Shown one piece after another: positions 39,719 through 54,372 of a DNA stretch of 64,000 nucleotides (the first letter of the stretch is position 1; every line of letters starts with the position of its first letter). Below the pieces are notes generated by a model. It was not told the origin of the DNA. It saw nothing but the letters and a program-made list of their open reading frames with translations, and did not search any database. Both the position numbers and the translations under genes were made by a program. Source of the DNA: the human T2T-CHM13v2.0 reference genome, Homo sapiens; the NCBI RefSeq assembly GCF_009914755.1, contig NC_060938.1. The stretch is one strand, 5' to 3'.

Positions 39719-42700
39719 TATCACAAGGAAGTTTCTGAGAATGCTTCTGTCGAGATTTTATATGAAGATATTCCCGTTTCCAACGAAATCCTGAAATGTA
39801 TCCAAATATCCCCTTGCAGATTCTACAAAAAGAGTGTTTCAAAACTGCTCTGTAAAAAGAAAGGTTCAACTCTGTTAGTTGAGTACACACATCACAAACA
39901 AGTTTCACACAATGCTTCTTTCTAGCTTGTAGGGGAAGATATTCCCTTTATCACCATGGGCCTCAAACCGTCCGAAAAGTCCACTTCCATATACTACAAA
40001 AAGAGCGTTTCAAACCTGCTCTATGAAAGGCAATGTTCAACTCTGTGACTTGAATGCAGACATCACAGAGCAGTTTCTGAGAATGCTTCTGTCTAGATTT
40101 TATAGGAAGATATTCCCGTTTCCAACGAAATCTTCACAGCTATCCAAATATCCACTTGCAGATTCTACAAAAAGAGTGTATCAAAACTGCTCTGTCAAAA
40201 GGAAGGTTCTTTTCTGTTAGGTGAGTGCATACGTCATAAAGGAGTTTCTGAGAATGTTTCTGTCTAGTGGTTATGGGAAGATATTTGCTTTTTCACCGTA
40301 GGCCTCAGAGCGCTCCAAATATCCACTTGCACATACTACAAAAAGAGTGCCTCAAAGCTGCTCTCTGAAACGGAATGTTCAACTCTATGAGTTGAATGCA
40401 AACATCGCAAAGACGTTTCTGAGAATGCTTCTGTCTAGATTTGATATGAAGATATTCCCGTTTCCAACGAAATCTTCAAATCTATCCAAATGTCCACTTG
40501 CAGATTCAACAAAAAGTGTTTTTCAGAACTGCTCTATCAAAAGAAAGATCCACCTCTGTTAGCTGAGTTCACACCTCACAAACAAGTTTATGAGAATGCT
40601 TCTGTCTAGTTTTTATTTGAAGGTATTTCCTTTCTCACCATAGAGCTGAAAGCTGTCCTAATGTTCACTTCCAGATACTACAGAAAGAGTGTTTCAAAAC
40701 TGCTGTACGAAAGGGAATGTTCAACTCTGTGACTTGAATGCACACATCACAAAGAAGTTTCTGAGGATGCTGCTGTCTACTTTTTATACGTAATCCCGTT
40801 TCCAACGAAATCCTCCAAGCTATCCAAATATCCACTTGCAGATTCCACAGAAAGACTGTTTCAAAACTGCTCTGTCAATAGAAAGGTTCAACTCTGTTAG
40901 CTGCGTGCATATATCCCAAAGAAGATTCTGAGATTGCTTCTGTCTAGTTTTTATGGGAAGATATTTCCCTTTTCACCGTAGGTGTCAAGGCGCTCCAAAT
41001 GTCCACTTCCAGATACTACAAAAAGAGTGTTTCAAACCTACTCTGTGAAAGGGAATATTCAACTCTGTGACTTGAATGCACATATCACAAAGAAGTTTCT
41101 GAGAATGCTTCTGTCGAGATTTTATATGAAGATATTCCCGTTTCCAACGAAATGCTGAAATCTATCCAAATATCCCCTCGCAGATTCTACAAAAAGAGTG
41201 TTTCAAAACTGCTCTGTGAAAAGAAAGGTTCAACTCTGTTAGTTGAGTACACACATCACAAACAAGTTTCACAGAATGCTTCTTTCTAGCTTGTAGGGGA
41301 AGATATTCCCTTTATCACCATGGGCCTCCAACCGTCCGAAACATCCACTTCCATATACTACAAAAAGAGCGTTTCAAACCTGCTCTATGAAAGGCAATGT
41401 TCAACTCTGTGACTTGAATGCAGACATCACAGAGCAGTTTCTGAGAATGCTTCTGTCTAGATTTTATAGGAAGATATTCCCGTTTCCAACGAAATCTTCA
41501 CAGCTATCCAAATATCCACTTGCAGATTCTACAAAAAGAGTGTATCAAAACTGCTCTGTCAAAAGGAAGGTTCTTCTCTGTTAGGTGAGTGCATACGTCA
41601 TAAAGGAGTTTCTGAGAATGTTTCTGTCTAGTGGTTATGGGAAGATATTTGCTTTTTCACCGTAGGCCTCAGAGCGCTCCAAATATCCACTTGCACATAC
41701 TACAAAAAGAGTGCTTCAAAGCTGCTCTCTGAAACGGAATGTTCAACTCTATGAGTTGAATGCAAACATCACAAAGACGTTTCTGAGAATGCTTCTGTCT
41801 AGATTTGATATGAAGATATTCCCGTTTCCAACGAAATCTTCAAATCTATCCAAATGTCCACTTGCAGATTCAACAAAAAGTGTTTTTCAGAACTGCTCTA
41901 TCAAAAGAAAGATCCACCTCTGTTAGCTGAGTTCACACATCACAAACAAGTTTATGAGAATGCTTCTGTCTAGTTTTTATTTGAAGATATTTCCTTTCTC
42001 ACCATAGAGCTGAAAGCTGTCCTAATGTTCACTTCCAGATACTACAGAAAGAGTGTTTGAAAACTGCTGTACGAAAGGGAATGTTCAACTCTGTGACTTG
42101 AATGCACACATCACAAAGAAGTTTCTGAGGATGCTGCTGTCTACTTTTTATACGTAATCCCGTTTCCAACGAAATCCTCCAAGCTATCCAAATATCCACT
42201 TGCAGATTCCACAGAAAGACTGTTTCAAATCTGCTCTGTCAATAGAAAGGTTCAACTCTGTTAGCTGCATGCATATATCCCAAAGAAGATTCTGAGATTG
42301 CTTCTGTCTAGTTTTTATGGGAAGATATTTCCCTTTTCACCGTAGGCGTCAAGGCGCTCCAAATGTCCACTTCCAGATACTACAAAAAGAGTGTTTCAAA
42401 CCTACTCTGTGAAAGGGAATATTCAACTCTGTGACTTGAATGCACATATCACAAGGAAGTTTCTGAGAATGCTTCTGTCGAGATTTTATATGAAGATATT
42501 ACCGTTTCCAACGAAATCCTGAAATCTATCCAAATATCCCCTTGCAGATTCTACAAAAAGAGTGTTTCAAAACTGCTCTGTAAAAAGAAAGGTTCAACTC
42601 TGTTAGTTGAGTACACACATCACAAACAAGTTTCACACAATGCTTCTTCCTAGCTTGTAGGGGAAGATATTCCCTTTATCACCATGGGCCTCAAACCGTC

Positions 42701-43472
42701 CGATAAGTCCACTTCCATATACTACAAAAAGAGCGTTTCAAACCTGCTCTATGAAAGGCAATGTTCAACTCTGTGACTTGAATGCAGACATCACAGAGCA
42801 GTTTCTGAGAATGCTTCTGTCTAGATTTTATAGGAAGATATTCCCGTTTCCAACGAAATCTTCACAGCTATCCAAATATCCACTTGCAGATTCTACAAAA
42901 AGAGTGTATCAAAACTGCTCTGTCAAAAGGAAGGTTCTTTTCTGTTAGGTGAGTGCATACGTCATAAAGGAGTTTCTGAGAATGTTTCTGTCTAGTGGTT
43001 ATGGGAAGATATTTGCTTTTTCACCGTAGGCCTCAGAGCGCTCCAAATATCCACTTGCACATACTACAAAAAGAGTGCTTCAAAGCTGCTCTCTGAAACG
43101 GAATGTTCAACTCTATGAGTTGAATGCAAACATCACAAAGACGTTTCTGAGAATGCTTCTGTCTAGATTTGATATGAAGATATTCCCGTTTCCAACGAAA
43201 TCTTCAAATCTATCCAAATGTCCACTTGCAGATTCAACAAAAAGTGTTTTTCAGAACTGCTCTATCAAAAGAAAGATCCACCTCTGTTAGCTGAGTTCAC
43301 ACATCACAAACAACTTTATGAGAATGCTTCTGTCTAGTTTTTATTTGAAGATATTTCCTTTCTCACCATAGAGCTGAAAGCTGTCCTAATGTTCACTTCC
43401 AGATACTACAGAAAGAGTGTTTCAAAACTGCTGTACGAAAGGGAATGTTCAACTCTGTGACTTGAATGCACA

Positions 43473-44148
43473 CATCACAAAGAAGTTTCTGAGGATGCTG
43501 CTGTCTACTTTTTATACGTAATCCCGTTTCCAACGAAATCCTCCAAGCTATCCAAATATCCACTTGCAGATTCCACAGAAAGACTGTTTCAAAACTGCTC
43601 TGTCAATAGAAAGGTTCAACTCTGTTAGCTGCGTGCATATATCCCAAAGAAGATTCTGAGATTGCTTCTGTCTAGTTTTTATGGGAAGATATTTCCCTTT
43701 TCACCGTAGGTGTCAAGGCGCTCCAAATGTCCACTTCCAGATACTACAAAAAGAGTGTTTCAAACCTACTCTGTGAAAGGGAATATTCAACTCTGTGACT
43801 TGAATGCACACATCACAAAGAAGTTTCTGAGGATGCTGCTGTCTACTTTTTATACGTAATCCCGTTTCCAACGAAATCCTCCAAGCTATCCAAATATCCA
43901 CTTGCAGATTCCACAGAAAGACTGTTTCAAAACTGCTCTGTCAATAGAAAGGTTCAACTCTGTTAGCTGCATGCATATATCCCAAAGAAGATTCTGAGAT
44001 TGCTTCTGTCTAGTTTTTATGGGAAGATATTTCCCTTTTCACCGTAGGCGTCAAGGCGCTCCAAATGTCCACTTCCAGATACTACAAAAAGAGTGTTTCA
44101 AACCTACTCTGTGAAAGGGAATATTCAACTCTGTGACTGGAATGCACA
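43473..44148 (-). repeat. 2 x 338-bp dimer, 10-mer HOR variant copy 5 (unit 42751-44452)
   Basis: Same hybrid junction at ~43780-43835; interval 1702 bp. Confidence 0.95.
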
Positions 44149-47100
44149 TATCACAAGGAAGTTTCTGAGAATGCTTCTGTCGAGATTTTATATGAAGATA
44201 TTCCCGTTTCCAAGGAAATCCTGAAATGTATCCAAATATCCCCTTGCAGATTCTACAAAAAGAGTGTTTCAAAACTGCTCTGTAAAAAGAAAGGTTCAAC
44301 TCTGTTAGTTGAGTACACACATCACAAACAAGTTTCACACAATGCTTCTTTCTAGCTTGTAGGGGAAGATATTCCCTTTATCACCATGGGCCTCAAACCG
44401 TCCGAAAAGTCCACTTCCATATACTACAAAAAGAGCGTTTCAAACCTGCTCTATGAAAGGCAATGTTCAACTCTGTGACTTGAATGCAGACATCACAGAG
44501 CAGTTTCTGAGAATGCTTCTGTCTAGATTTTATAGGAAGATATTCCCGTTTCCAACGAAATCTTCACAGCTATCCAAATATCCACTTGCAGATTCTACAA
44601 AAAGAGTGTATCAAAACTGCTCTGTCAAAAGGAAGGTTCTTTTCTGTTAGGTGAGTGCATACGTCATAAAGGAGTTTCTGAGAATGTTTCTGTCTAGTGG
44701 TTATGGGAAGATATTTGCTTTTTCACCGTAGGCCTCAGAGCGCTCCAAATATCCACTTGCACATACTACAAAAAGAGTGCCTCAAAGCTGCTCTCTGAAA
44801 CGGAATGTTCAACTCTATGAGTTGAATGCAAACATCGCAAAGACGTTTCTGAGAATGCTTCTGTCTAGATTTGATATGAAGATATTCCCGTTTCCAACGA
44901 AATCTTCAAATCTATCCAAATGTCCACTTGCAGATTCAACAAAAAGTGTTTTTCAGAACTGCTCTATCAAAAGAAAGATCCACCTCTGTTAGCTGAGTTC
45001 ACACATCACAAACAAGTTTATGAGAATGCTTCTGTCTAGTTTTTATTTGAAGATATTTCCTTTCTCACCATAGAGCTGAAAGCTGTCCTAATGTTCACTT
45101 CCAGATACTACAGAAAGAGTGTTTCAAAACTGCTGTACGAAAGGGAATGTTCAACTCTGTGACTTGAATGCACACATCACAAAGAAGTTTCTGAGGATGC
45201 TGCTGTCTACTTTTTATACGTAATCCCGTTTCCAACGAAATCCTCCAAGCTATCCAAATATCCACTTGCAGATTCCACAGAAAGACTGTTTCAAAACTGC
45301 TCTGTCAATAGAAAGGTTCAACTCTGTTAGCTGCGTGCATATATCCCAAAGAAGATTCTGAGATTGCTTCTGTCTAGTTTTTATGGGAAGATATTTCCCT
45401 TTTCACCGTAGGTGTCAAGGCGCTCCAAATGTCCACTTCCAGATACTACAAAAAGAGTGTTTCAAACCTACTCTGTGAAAGGGAATATTCAACTCTGTGA
45501 CTTGAATGCACATATCACAAAGAAGTTTCTGAGAATGCTTCTGTCGAGATTTTATATGAAGATATTCCCGTTTCCAACGAAATGCTGAAATCTATCCAAA
45601 TATCCCCTCGCAGATTCTACAAAAAGAGTGTTTCAAAACTGCTCTGTGAAAAGAAAGGTTCAACTCTGTTAGTTGAGTACACACATCACAAACAAGTTTC
45701 ACAGAATGCTTCTTTCTAGCTTGTAGGGGAAGATATTCCCTTTATCACCATGGGCCTCCAACCGTCCGAAACATCCACTTCCATATACTACAAAAAGAGC
45801 GTTTCAAACCTGCTCTATGAAAGGCAATGTTCAACTCTGTGACTTGAATGCAGACATCACAGAGCAGTTTCTGAGAATGCTTCTGTCTAGATTTTATAGG
45901 AAGATATTCCCGTTTCCAACGAAATCTTCACAGCTATCCAAATATCCACTTGCAGATTCTACAAAAAGAGTGTATCAAAACTGCTCTGTCAAAAGGAAGG
46001 TTCTTCTCTGTTAGGTGAGTGCATACGTCATAAAGGAGTTTCTGAGAATGTTTCTGTCTAGTGGTTATGGGAAGATATTTGCTTTTTCACCGTAGGCCTC
46101 AGAGCGCTCCAAATATCCACTTGCACATACTACAAAAAGAGTGCTTCAAAGCTGCTCTCTGAAACGGAATGTTCAACTCTATGAGTTGAATGCAAACATC
46201 ACAAAGACGTTTCTGAGAATGCTTCTGTCTAGATTTGATATGAAGATATTCCCGTTTCCAACGAAATCTTCAAATCTATCCAAATGTCCACTTGCAGATT
46301 CAACAAAAAGTGTTTTTCAGAACTGCTCTATCAAAAGAAAGATCCACCTCTGTTAGCTGAGTTCACACATCACAAACAAGTTTATGAGAATGCTTCTGTC
46401 TAGTTTTTATTTGAAGATATTTCCTTTCTCACCATAGAGCTGAAAGCTGTCCTAATGTTCACTTCCAGATACTACAGAAAGAGTGTTTCAAAACTGCTGT
46501 ACGAAAGGGAATGTTCAACTCTGTGACTTGAATGCACACATCACAAAGAAGTTTCTGAGGATGCTGCTGTCTACTTTTTATACGTAATCCCGTTTCCAAC
46601 GAAATCCTCCAAGCTATCCAAATATCCACTTGCAGATTCCACAGAAAGACTGTTTCAAAACTGCTCTGTCAATAGAAAGGTTCAACTCTGTTAGCTGCAT
46701 GCATATATCCCAAAGAAGATTCTGAGATTGCTTCTGTCTAGTTTTTATGGGAAGATATTTCCCTTTTCACCGTAGGCGTCAAGGCGCTCCAAATGTCCAC
46801 TTCCAGATACTACAAAAAGAGTGTTTCAAACCTACTCTGTGAAAGGGAATATTCAACTCTGTGACTTGAATGCACATATCACAAGGAAGTTTCTGAGAAT
46901 GCTTCTGTCGAGATTTTATATGAAGATATTCCCGTTTCCAACGAAATCCTGAAATCTATCCAAATATCCCCTTGCAGATTCTACAAAAAGAGTGTTTCAA
47001 AACTGCTCTGTAAAAAGAAAGGTTCAACTCTGTTAGTTGAGTACACACATCACAAACAAGTTTCACACAATGCTTCTTTCTAGCTTGTAGGGGAAGATAT

Positions 47101-49266
47101 TCCCTTTATCACCATGGGCCTCAAACCGTCCGATAAGTCCACTTCCATATACTACAAAAAGAGCGTTTCAAACCTGCTCTATGAAAGGCAATGTTCAACT
47201 CTGTGACTTGAATGCAGACATCACAGAGCAGTTTCTGAGAATGCTTCTGTCTAGATTTTATAGGAAGATATTCCCGTTTCCAACGAAATCTTCACAGCTA
47301 TCCAAATATCCACTTGCAGATTCTACAAAAAGAGTGTATCAAAACTGCTCTGTCAAAAGGAAGGTTCTTCTCTGTTAGGTGAGTGCATACGTCATAAAGG
47401 AGTTTCTGAGAATGTTTCTGTCTAGTGGTTATGGGAAGATATTTGCTTTTTCACCGTAGGCCTCAGAGCGCTCCAAATATCCACTTGCACATACTACAAA
47501 AAGAGTGCTTCAAAGCTGCTCTCTGAAACGGAATGTTCAACTCTATGAGTTGAATGCAAACATCACAAAGACGTTTCTGAGAATGCTTCTGTCTAGATTT
47601 GATATGAAGATATTCCCGTTTCCAACGAAATCTTCAAATCTATCCAAATGTCCACTTGCAGATTCAACAAAAAGTGTTTTTCAGAACTGCTCTATCAAAA
47701 GAAAGATCCACCTCTGTTAGCTGAGTTCACACATCACAAACAACTTTATGAGAATGCTTCTGTCTAGTTTTTATTTGAAGATATTTCCTTTCTCACCATA
47801 GAGCTGAAAGCTGTCCTAATGTTCACTTCCAGATACTACAGAAAGAGTGTTTCAAAACTGCTGTACGAAAGGGAATGTTCAACTCTGTGACTTGAATGCA
47901 CACATCACAAAGAAGTTTCTGAGGATGCTGCTGTCTACTTTTTATACTTAATCCCGTTTCCAACGAAATCCTCCAAGCTATCCAAATATCCACTTGCAGA
48001 TTCCACAGAAAGACTGTTTCAAAACTGCTCTGTCAATAGAAAGGTTCAACTCTGTTAGCTGCATGCATATATCCCAAAGAAGATTCTGAGATTGCTTCTG
48101 TCTAGTTTTTATGGGAAGATATTTCCCTTTTCACCGTAGGCGTCAAGGCGCTCCAAATGTCCACTTCCAGATACTACAAAAAGAGTGTTTCAAACCTACT
48201 CTGTGAAAGGGAATATTCAACTCTGTGACTTGAATGCACATATCACAAGGAAGTTTCTGAGAATGCTTCTGTCGAGATTTTATATGAAGATATTCCCGTT
48301 TCCAACGAAATCCTGAAATCTATCCAAATATCCCCTTGCAGATTCTACAAAAAGAGTGTTTCAAAACTGCTCTGTAAAAAGAAAGGTTCAACTCTGTTAG
48401 TTGAGTACACACATCACAAACAAGTTTCACACAATGCTTCTTTCTAGCTTGTAGGGGAAGATATTCCCTTTATCACCATGGGCCTCAAACCGTCCGATAA
48501 GTCCACTTCCATATACTACAAAAAGAGCGTTTCAAACCTGCTCTATGAAAGGCAATGTTCAACTCTGTGACTTGAATGCAGACATCACAGAGCAGTTTCT
48601 GAGAATGCTTCTGTCTAGATTTTATAGGAAGATATTCCCGTTTCCAACGAAATCTTCACAGCTATCCAAATATCCACTTGCAGATTCTACAAAAAGAGTG
48701 TATCAAAACTGCTCTGTCAAAAGGAAGGTTCTTCTCTGTTAGGTGAGTGCATACGTCATAAAGGAGTTTCTGAGAATGTTTCTGTCTAGTGGTTATGGGA
48801 AGATATTTGCTTTTTCACCGTAGGCCTCAGAGCGCTCCAAATATCCACTTGCACATACTACAAAAAGAGTGCCTCAAAGCTGCTCTCTGAAACGGAATGT
48901 TCAACTCTATGAGTTGAATGCAAACATCGCAAAGACGTTTCTGAGAATGCTTCTGTCTAGATTTGATATGAAGATATTCCCGTTTCCAACGAAATCTTCA
49001 AATCTATCCAAATGTCCACTTGCAGATTCAACAAAAAGTGTTTTTCAGAACTGCTCTATCAAAAGAAAGATCCACCTCTGTTAGCTGAGTTCACACATCA
49101 CAAACAAGTTTATGAGAATGCTTCTGTCTAGTTTTTATTTGAAGATATTTCCTTTCTCACCATAGAGCTGAAAGCTGTCCTAATGTTCACTTCCAGATAC
49201 TACAGAAAGAGTGTTTCAAAACTGCTGTACGAAAGGGAATGTTCAACTCTGTGACTTGAATGCACA

Positions 49267-49942
49267 CATCACAAAGAAGTTTCTGAGGATGCTGCTGTCT
49301 ACTTTTTATACGTAATCCCGTTTCCAACGAAATCCTCCAAGCTATCCAAATATCCACTTGCAGATTCCACAGAAAGACTGTTTCAAAACTGCTCTATCAA
49401 TAGAAAGGTTCAACTCTGTTAGCTGCGTGCATATATCCCAAAGAAGATTCTGAGATTGCTTCTGTCTAGTTTTTATGGGAAGATATTTCCCTTTTCACCG
49501 TAGGTGTCAAGGCGCTCCAAATGTCCACTTCCAGATACTACAAAAAGAGTGTTTCAAACCTACTCTGTGAAAGGGAATATTCAACTCTGTGACTTGAATG
49601 CACACATCACAAAGAAGTTTCTGAGGATGCTGCTGTCTACTTTTTATACGTAATCCCGTTTCCAACGAAATCCTCCAAGCTATCCAAATATCCACTTGCA
49701 GATTCCACAGAAAGACTGTTTCAAAACTGCTCTGTCAATAGAAAGGTTCAACTCTGTTAGCTGCATGCATATATCCCAAAGAAGATTCTGAGATTGCTTC
49801 TGTCTAGTTTTTATGGGAAGATATTTCCCTTTTCACCGTAGGCGTCAAGGCGCTCCAAATGTCCACTTCCAGATACTACAAAAAGAGTGTTTCAAACCTA
49901 CTCTGTGAAAGGGAATATTCAACTCTGTGACTGGAATGCACA
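49267..49942 (-). repeat. 2 x 338-bp dimer, 10-mer HOR variant copy 6 (unit 48545-50246)
   Basis: Same hybrid junction at ~49573-49630; interval 1702 bp. Confidence 0.95.
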
Positions 49943-52900
49943 TATCACAAGGAAGTTTCTGAGAATGCTTCTGTCGAGATTTTATATGAAGATATTCCCG
50001 TTTCCAACGAAATCCTGAAATGTATCCAAATATCCCCTTGCAGATTCTACAAAAAGAGTGTTTCAAAACTGCTCTGTAAAAAGAAAGGTTCAACTCTGTT
50101 AGTTGAGTACACACATCACAAACAAGTTTCACACAATGCTTCTTTCTAGCTTGTAGGGGAAGATATACCCTTTATCACCATGGGCCTCAAACCGTCCGAA
50201 AAGTCCACTTCCATATACTACAAAAAGAGCGTTTCAAACCTGCTCTATGAAAGGCAATGTTCAACTCTGTGACTTGAATGCAGACATCACAGAGCAGTTT
50301 CTGAGAATGCTTCTGTCTAGATTTTATAGGAAGATATTCCCGTTTCCAACGAAATCTTCACAGCTATCCAAATATCCACTTGCAGATTCTACAAAAAGAG
50401 TGTATCAAAACTGCTCTGTCAAAAGGAAGGTTCTTTTCTGTTAGGTGAGTGCATACGTCATAAAGGAGTTTCTGAGAATGTTTCTGTCTAGTGGTTATGG
50501 GAAGATATTTGCTTTTTCACCGTAGGCCTCAGAGCGCTCCAAATATCCACTTGCACATACTACAAAAAGAGTGCCTCAAAGCTGCTCTCTGAAACGGAAT
50601 GTTCAACTCTATGAGTTGAATGCAAACATCGCAAAGACGTTTCTGAGAATGCTTCTGTCTAGATTTGATATGAAGATATTCCCGTTTCCAACGAAATCTT
50701 CAAATCTATCCAAATGTCCACTTGCAGATTCAACAAAAAGTGTTTTTCAGAACTGCTCTATCAAAAGAAAGATCCACCTCTGTTAGCTGAGTTCACACCT
50801 CACAAACAAGTTTATGAGAATGCTTCTGTCTAGTTTTTATTTGAAGATATTTCCTTTCTCACCATAGAGCTGAAAGCTGTCCTAATGTTCACTTCCAGAT
50901 ACTACAGAAAGAGTGTTTCAAAACTGCTGTACGAAAGGGAATGTTCAACTCTGTGACTTGAATGCACACATCACAAAGAAGTTTCTGAGGATGCTGCTGT
51001 CTACTTTTTATACGTAATCCCGTTTCCAACGAAATCCTCCAAGCTATCCAAATATCCACTTGCAGATTCCACAGAAAGACTGTTTCAAAACTGCTCTGTC
51101 AATAGAAAGGTTCAACTCTGTTAGCTGCGTGCATATATCCCAAAGAAGATTCTGAGATTGCTTCTGTCTAGTTTTTATGGGAAGATATTTCCCTTTTCAC
51201 CGTAGGTGTCAAGGCGCTCCAAATGTCCACTTCCAGATACTACAAAAAGAGTGTTTCAAACCTACTCTGTGAAAGGGAATATTCAACTCTGTGACTTGAA
51301 TGCACATATCACAAAGAAGTTTCTGAGAATGCTTCTGTCGAGATTTTATATGAAGATATTCCCGTTTCCAACGAAATGCTGAAATCTATCCAAATATCCC
51401 CTCGCAGATTCTACAAAAAGAGTGTTTCAAAACTGCTCTGTGAAAAGAAAGGTTCAACTCTGTTAGTTGAGTACACACATCACAAACAAGTTTCACAGAA
51501 TGCTTCTTTCTAGCTTGTAGGGGAAGATATTCCCTTTATCACCATGGGCCTCCAACCGTCCGAAACATCCACTTCCATATACTACAAAAAGAGCGTTTCA
51601 AACCTGCTCTATGAAAGGCAATGTTCAACTCTGTGACTTGAATGCAGACATCACAGAGCAGTTTCTGAGAATGCTTCTGTCTAGATTTTATAGGAAGATA
51701 TTCCCGTTTCCAACGAAATCTTCACAGCTATCCAAATATCCACTTGCAGATTCTACAAAAAGAGTGTATCAAAACTGCTCTGTCAAAAGGAAGGTTCTTC
51801 TCTGTTAGGTGAGTGCATACGTCATAAAGGAGTTTCTGAGAATGTTTCTGTCTAGTGGTTATGGGAAGATATTTGCTTTTTCACCGTAGGCCTCAGAGCG
51901 CTCCAAATATCCACTTGCACATACTACAAAAAGAGTGCTTCAAAGCTGCTCTCTGAAACGGAATGTTCAACTCTATGAGTTGAATGCAAACATCACAAAG
52001 ACGTTTCTGAGAATGCTTCTGTCTAGATTTGATATGAAGATATTCCCGTTTCCAACGAAATCTTCAAATCTATCCAAATGTCCACTTGCAGATTCAACAA
52101 AAAGTGTTTTTCAGAACTGCTCTATCAAAAGAAAGATCCACCTCTGTTAGCTGAGTTCACACATCACAAACAACTTTATGAGAATGCTTCTGTCTAGTTT
52201 TTATTTGAAGATATTTCCTTTCTCACCATAGAGCTGAAAGCTGTCCTAATGTTCACTTCCAGATACTACAGAAAGAGTGTTTCAAAACTGCTGTACGAAA
52301 GGGAATGTTCAACTCTGTGACTTGAATGCACACATCACAAAGTAGTTTCTGAGGATGCTGCTGTCTACTTTTTATACGTAATCCCGTTTCCAACGAAATC
52401 CTCCAAGCTATCCAAATATCCACTTGCAGATTCCACAGAAAGACTGTTTCAAAACTGCTCTGTCAATAGAAAGGTTCAACTCTGTTAGCTGCATGCATAT
52501 ATCCCAAAGAAGATTCTGAGATTGCTTCTGTCTAGTTTTTATGGGAAGATATTTCCCTTTTCACCGTAGGCGTCAAGGCGCTCCAAATGTCCACTTCCAG
52601 ATACTACAAAAAGAGTGTTTCAAACCTACTCTGTGAAAGGGAATATTCAACTCTGTGACTTGAATGCACATATCACAAGGAAGTTTCTGAGAATGCTTCT
52701 GTCGAGATTTTATATGAAGATATTCCCGTTTCCAACGAAATCCTGAAATCTATCCAAATATCCCCTTGCAGATTCTACAAAAAGAGTGTTTCAAAACTGC
52801 TCTGTAAAAAGAAAGGTTCAACTCTGTTAGTTGAGTACACACATCACAAACAAGTTTCACACAATGCTTCTTTCTAGCTTGTAGGGGAAGATATTCCCTT

Positions 52901-53696
52901 TATCACCATGGGCCTCAAACCGTCCGATAAGTCCACTTCCATATACTACAAAAAGAGCGTTTCAAACCTGCTCTATGAAAGGCAATGTTCAACTCTGTGA
53001 CTTGAATGCAGACATCACAGAGCAGTTTCTGAGAATGCTTCTGTCTAGATTTTATAGGAAGATATTCCCGTTTCCAACGAAATCTTCACAGCTATCCAAA
53101 TATCCACTTGCAGATTCTACAAAAAGAGTGTATCAAAACTGCTCTGTCAAAAGGAAGGTTCTTTTCTGTTAGGTGAGTGCATACGTCATAAAGGAGTTTC
53201 TGAGAATGTTTCTGTCTAGTGGTTATGGGAAGATATTTGCTTTTTCACCGTAGGCCTCAGAGCGCTCCAAATATCCACTTGCACATACTACAAAAAGAGT
53301 GCCTCAAAGCTGCTCTCTGAAACGGAATGTTCAACTCTATGAGTTGAATGCAAACATCGCAAAGACGTTTCTGAGAATGCTTCTGTCTAGATTTGATATG
53401 AAGATATTCCCGTTTCCAACGAAATCTTCAACTCTATCCAAATGTCCACTTGCAGATTCAACAAAAAGTGTTTTTCAGAACTGCTCTATCAAAAGAAAGA
53501 TCCACCTCTGTTAGCTGAGTTCACACATCACAAACAAGTTTATGAGAATGCTTCTGTCTAGTTTTTATTTGAAGATATTTCCTTTCTCACCATAGAGCTG
53601 AAAGCTGTCCTAATGTTCACTTCCAGATACTACAGAAAGAGTGTTTCAAAACTGCTGTACGAAAGGGAATGTTCAACTCTGTGACTTGAATGCACA

Positions 53697-54372
53697 CATC
53701 ACAAAGAAGTTTCTGAGGATGCTGCTGTCTACTTTTTATACGTAATCCCGTTTCCAACGAAATCCTCCAAGCTATCCAAATATCCACTTGCAGATTCCAC
53801 AGAAAGACTGTTTCAAAACTGCTCTGTCAATAGAAAGGTTCAACTCTGTTAGCTGCGTGCATATATCCCAAAGAAGATTCTGAGATTGCTTCTGTCTAGT
53901 TTTTATGGGAAGATATTTCCCTTTTCACCGTAGGTGTCAAGGCGCTCCAAATGTCCACTTCCAGATACTACAAAAAGAGTGTTTCAAACCTACTCTGTGA
54001 AAGGGAATATTCAACTCTGTGACTTGAATGCACACATCACAAAGAAGTTTCTGAGGATGCTGCTGTCTACTTTTTATACGTAATCCCGTTTCCAACGAAA
54101 TCCTCCAAGCTATCCAAATATCCACTTGCAGATTCCACAGAAAGACTGTTTCAAAACTGCTCTGTCAATAGAAAGGTTCAACTCTGTTAGCTGCATGCAT
54201 ATATCCCAAAGAAGATTCTGAGATTGCTTCTGTCTAGTTTTTATGGGAAGATATTTCCCTTTTCACCGTAGGCGTCAAGGCGCTCCAAATGTCCACTTCC
54301 AGATACTACAAAAAGAGTGTTTCAAACCTACTCTGTGAAAGGGAATATTCAACTCTGTGACTGGAATGCACA
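53697..54372 (-). repeat. 2 x 338-bp dimer, 10-mer HOR variant copy 7 (unit 52975-54676)
   Basis: Same hybrid junction at ~54003-54060; interval 1702 bp. Confidence 0.95.
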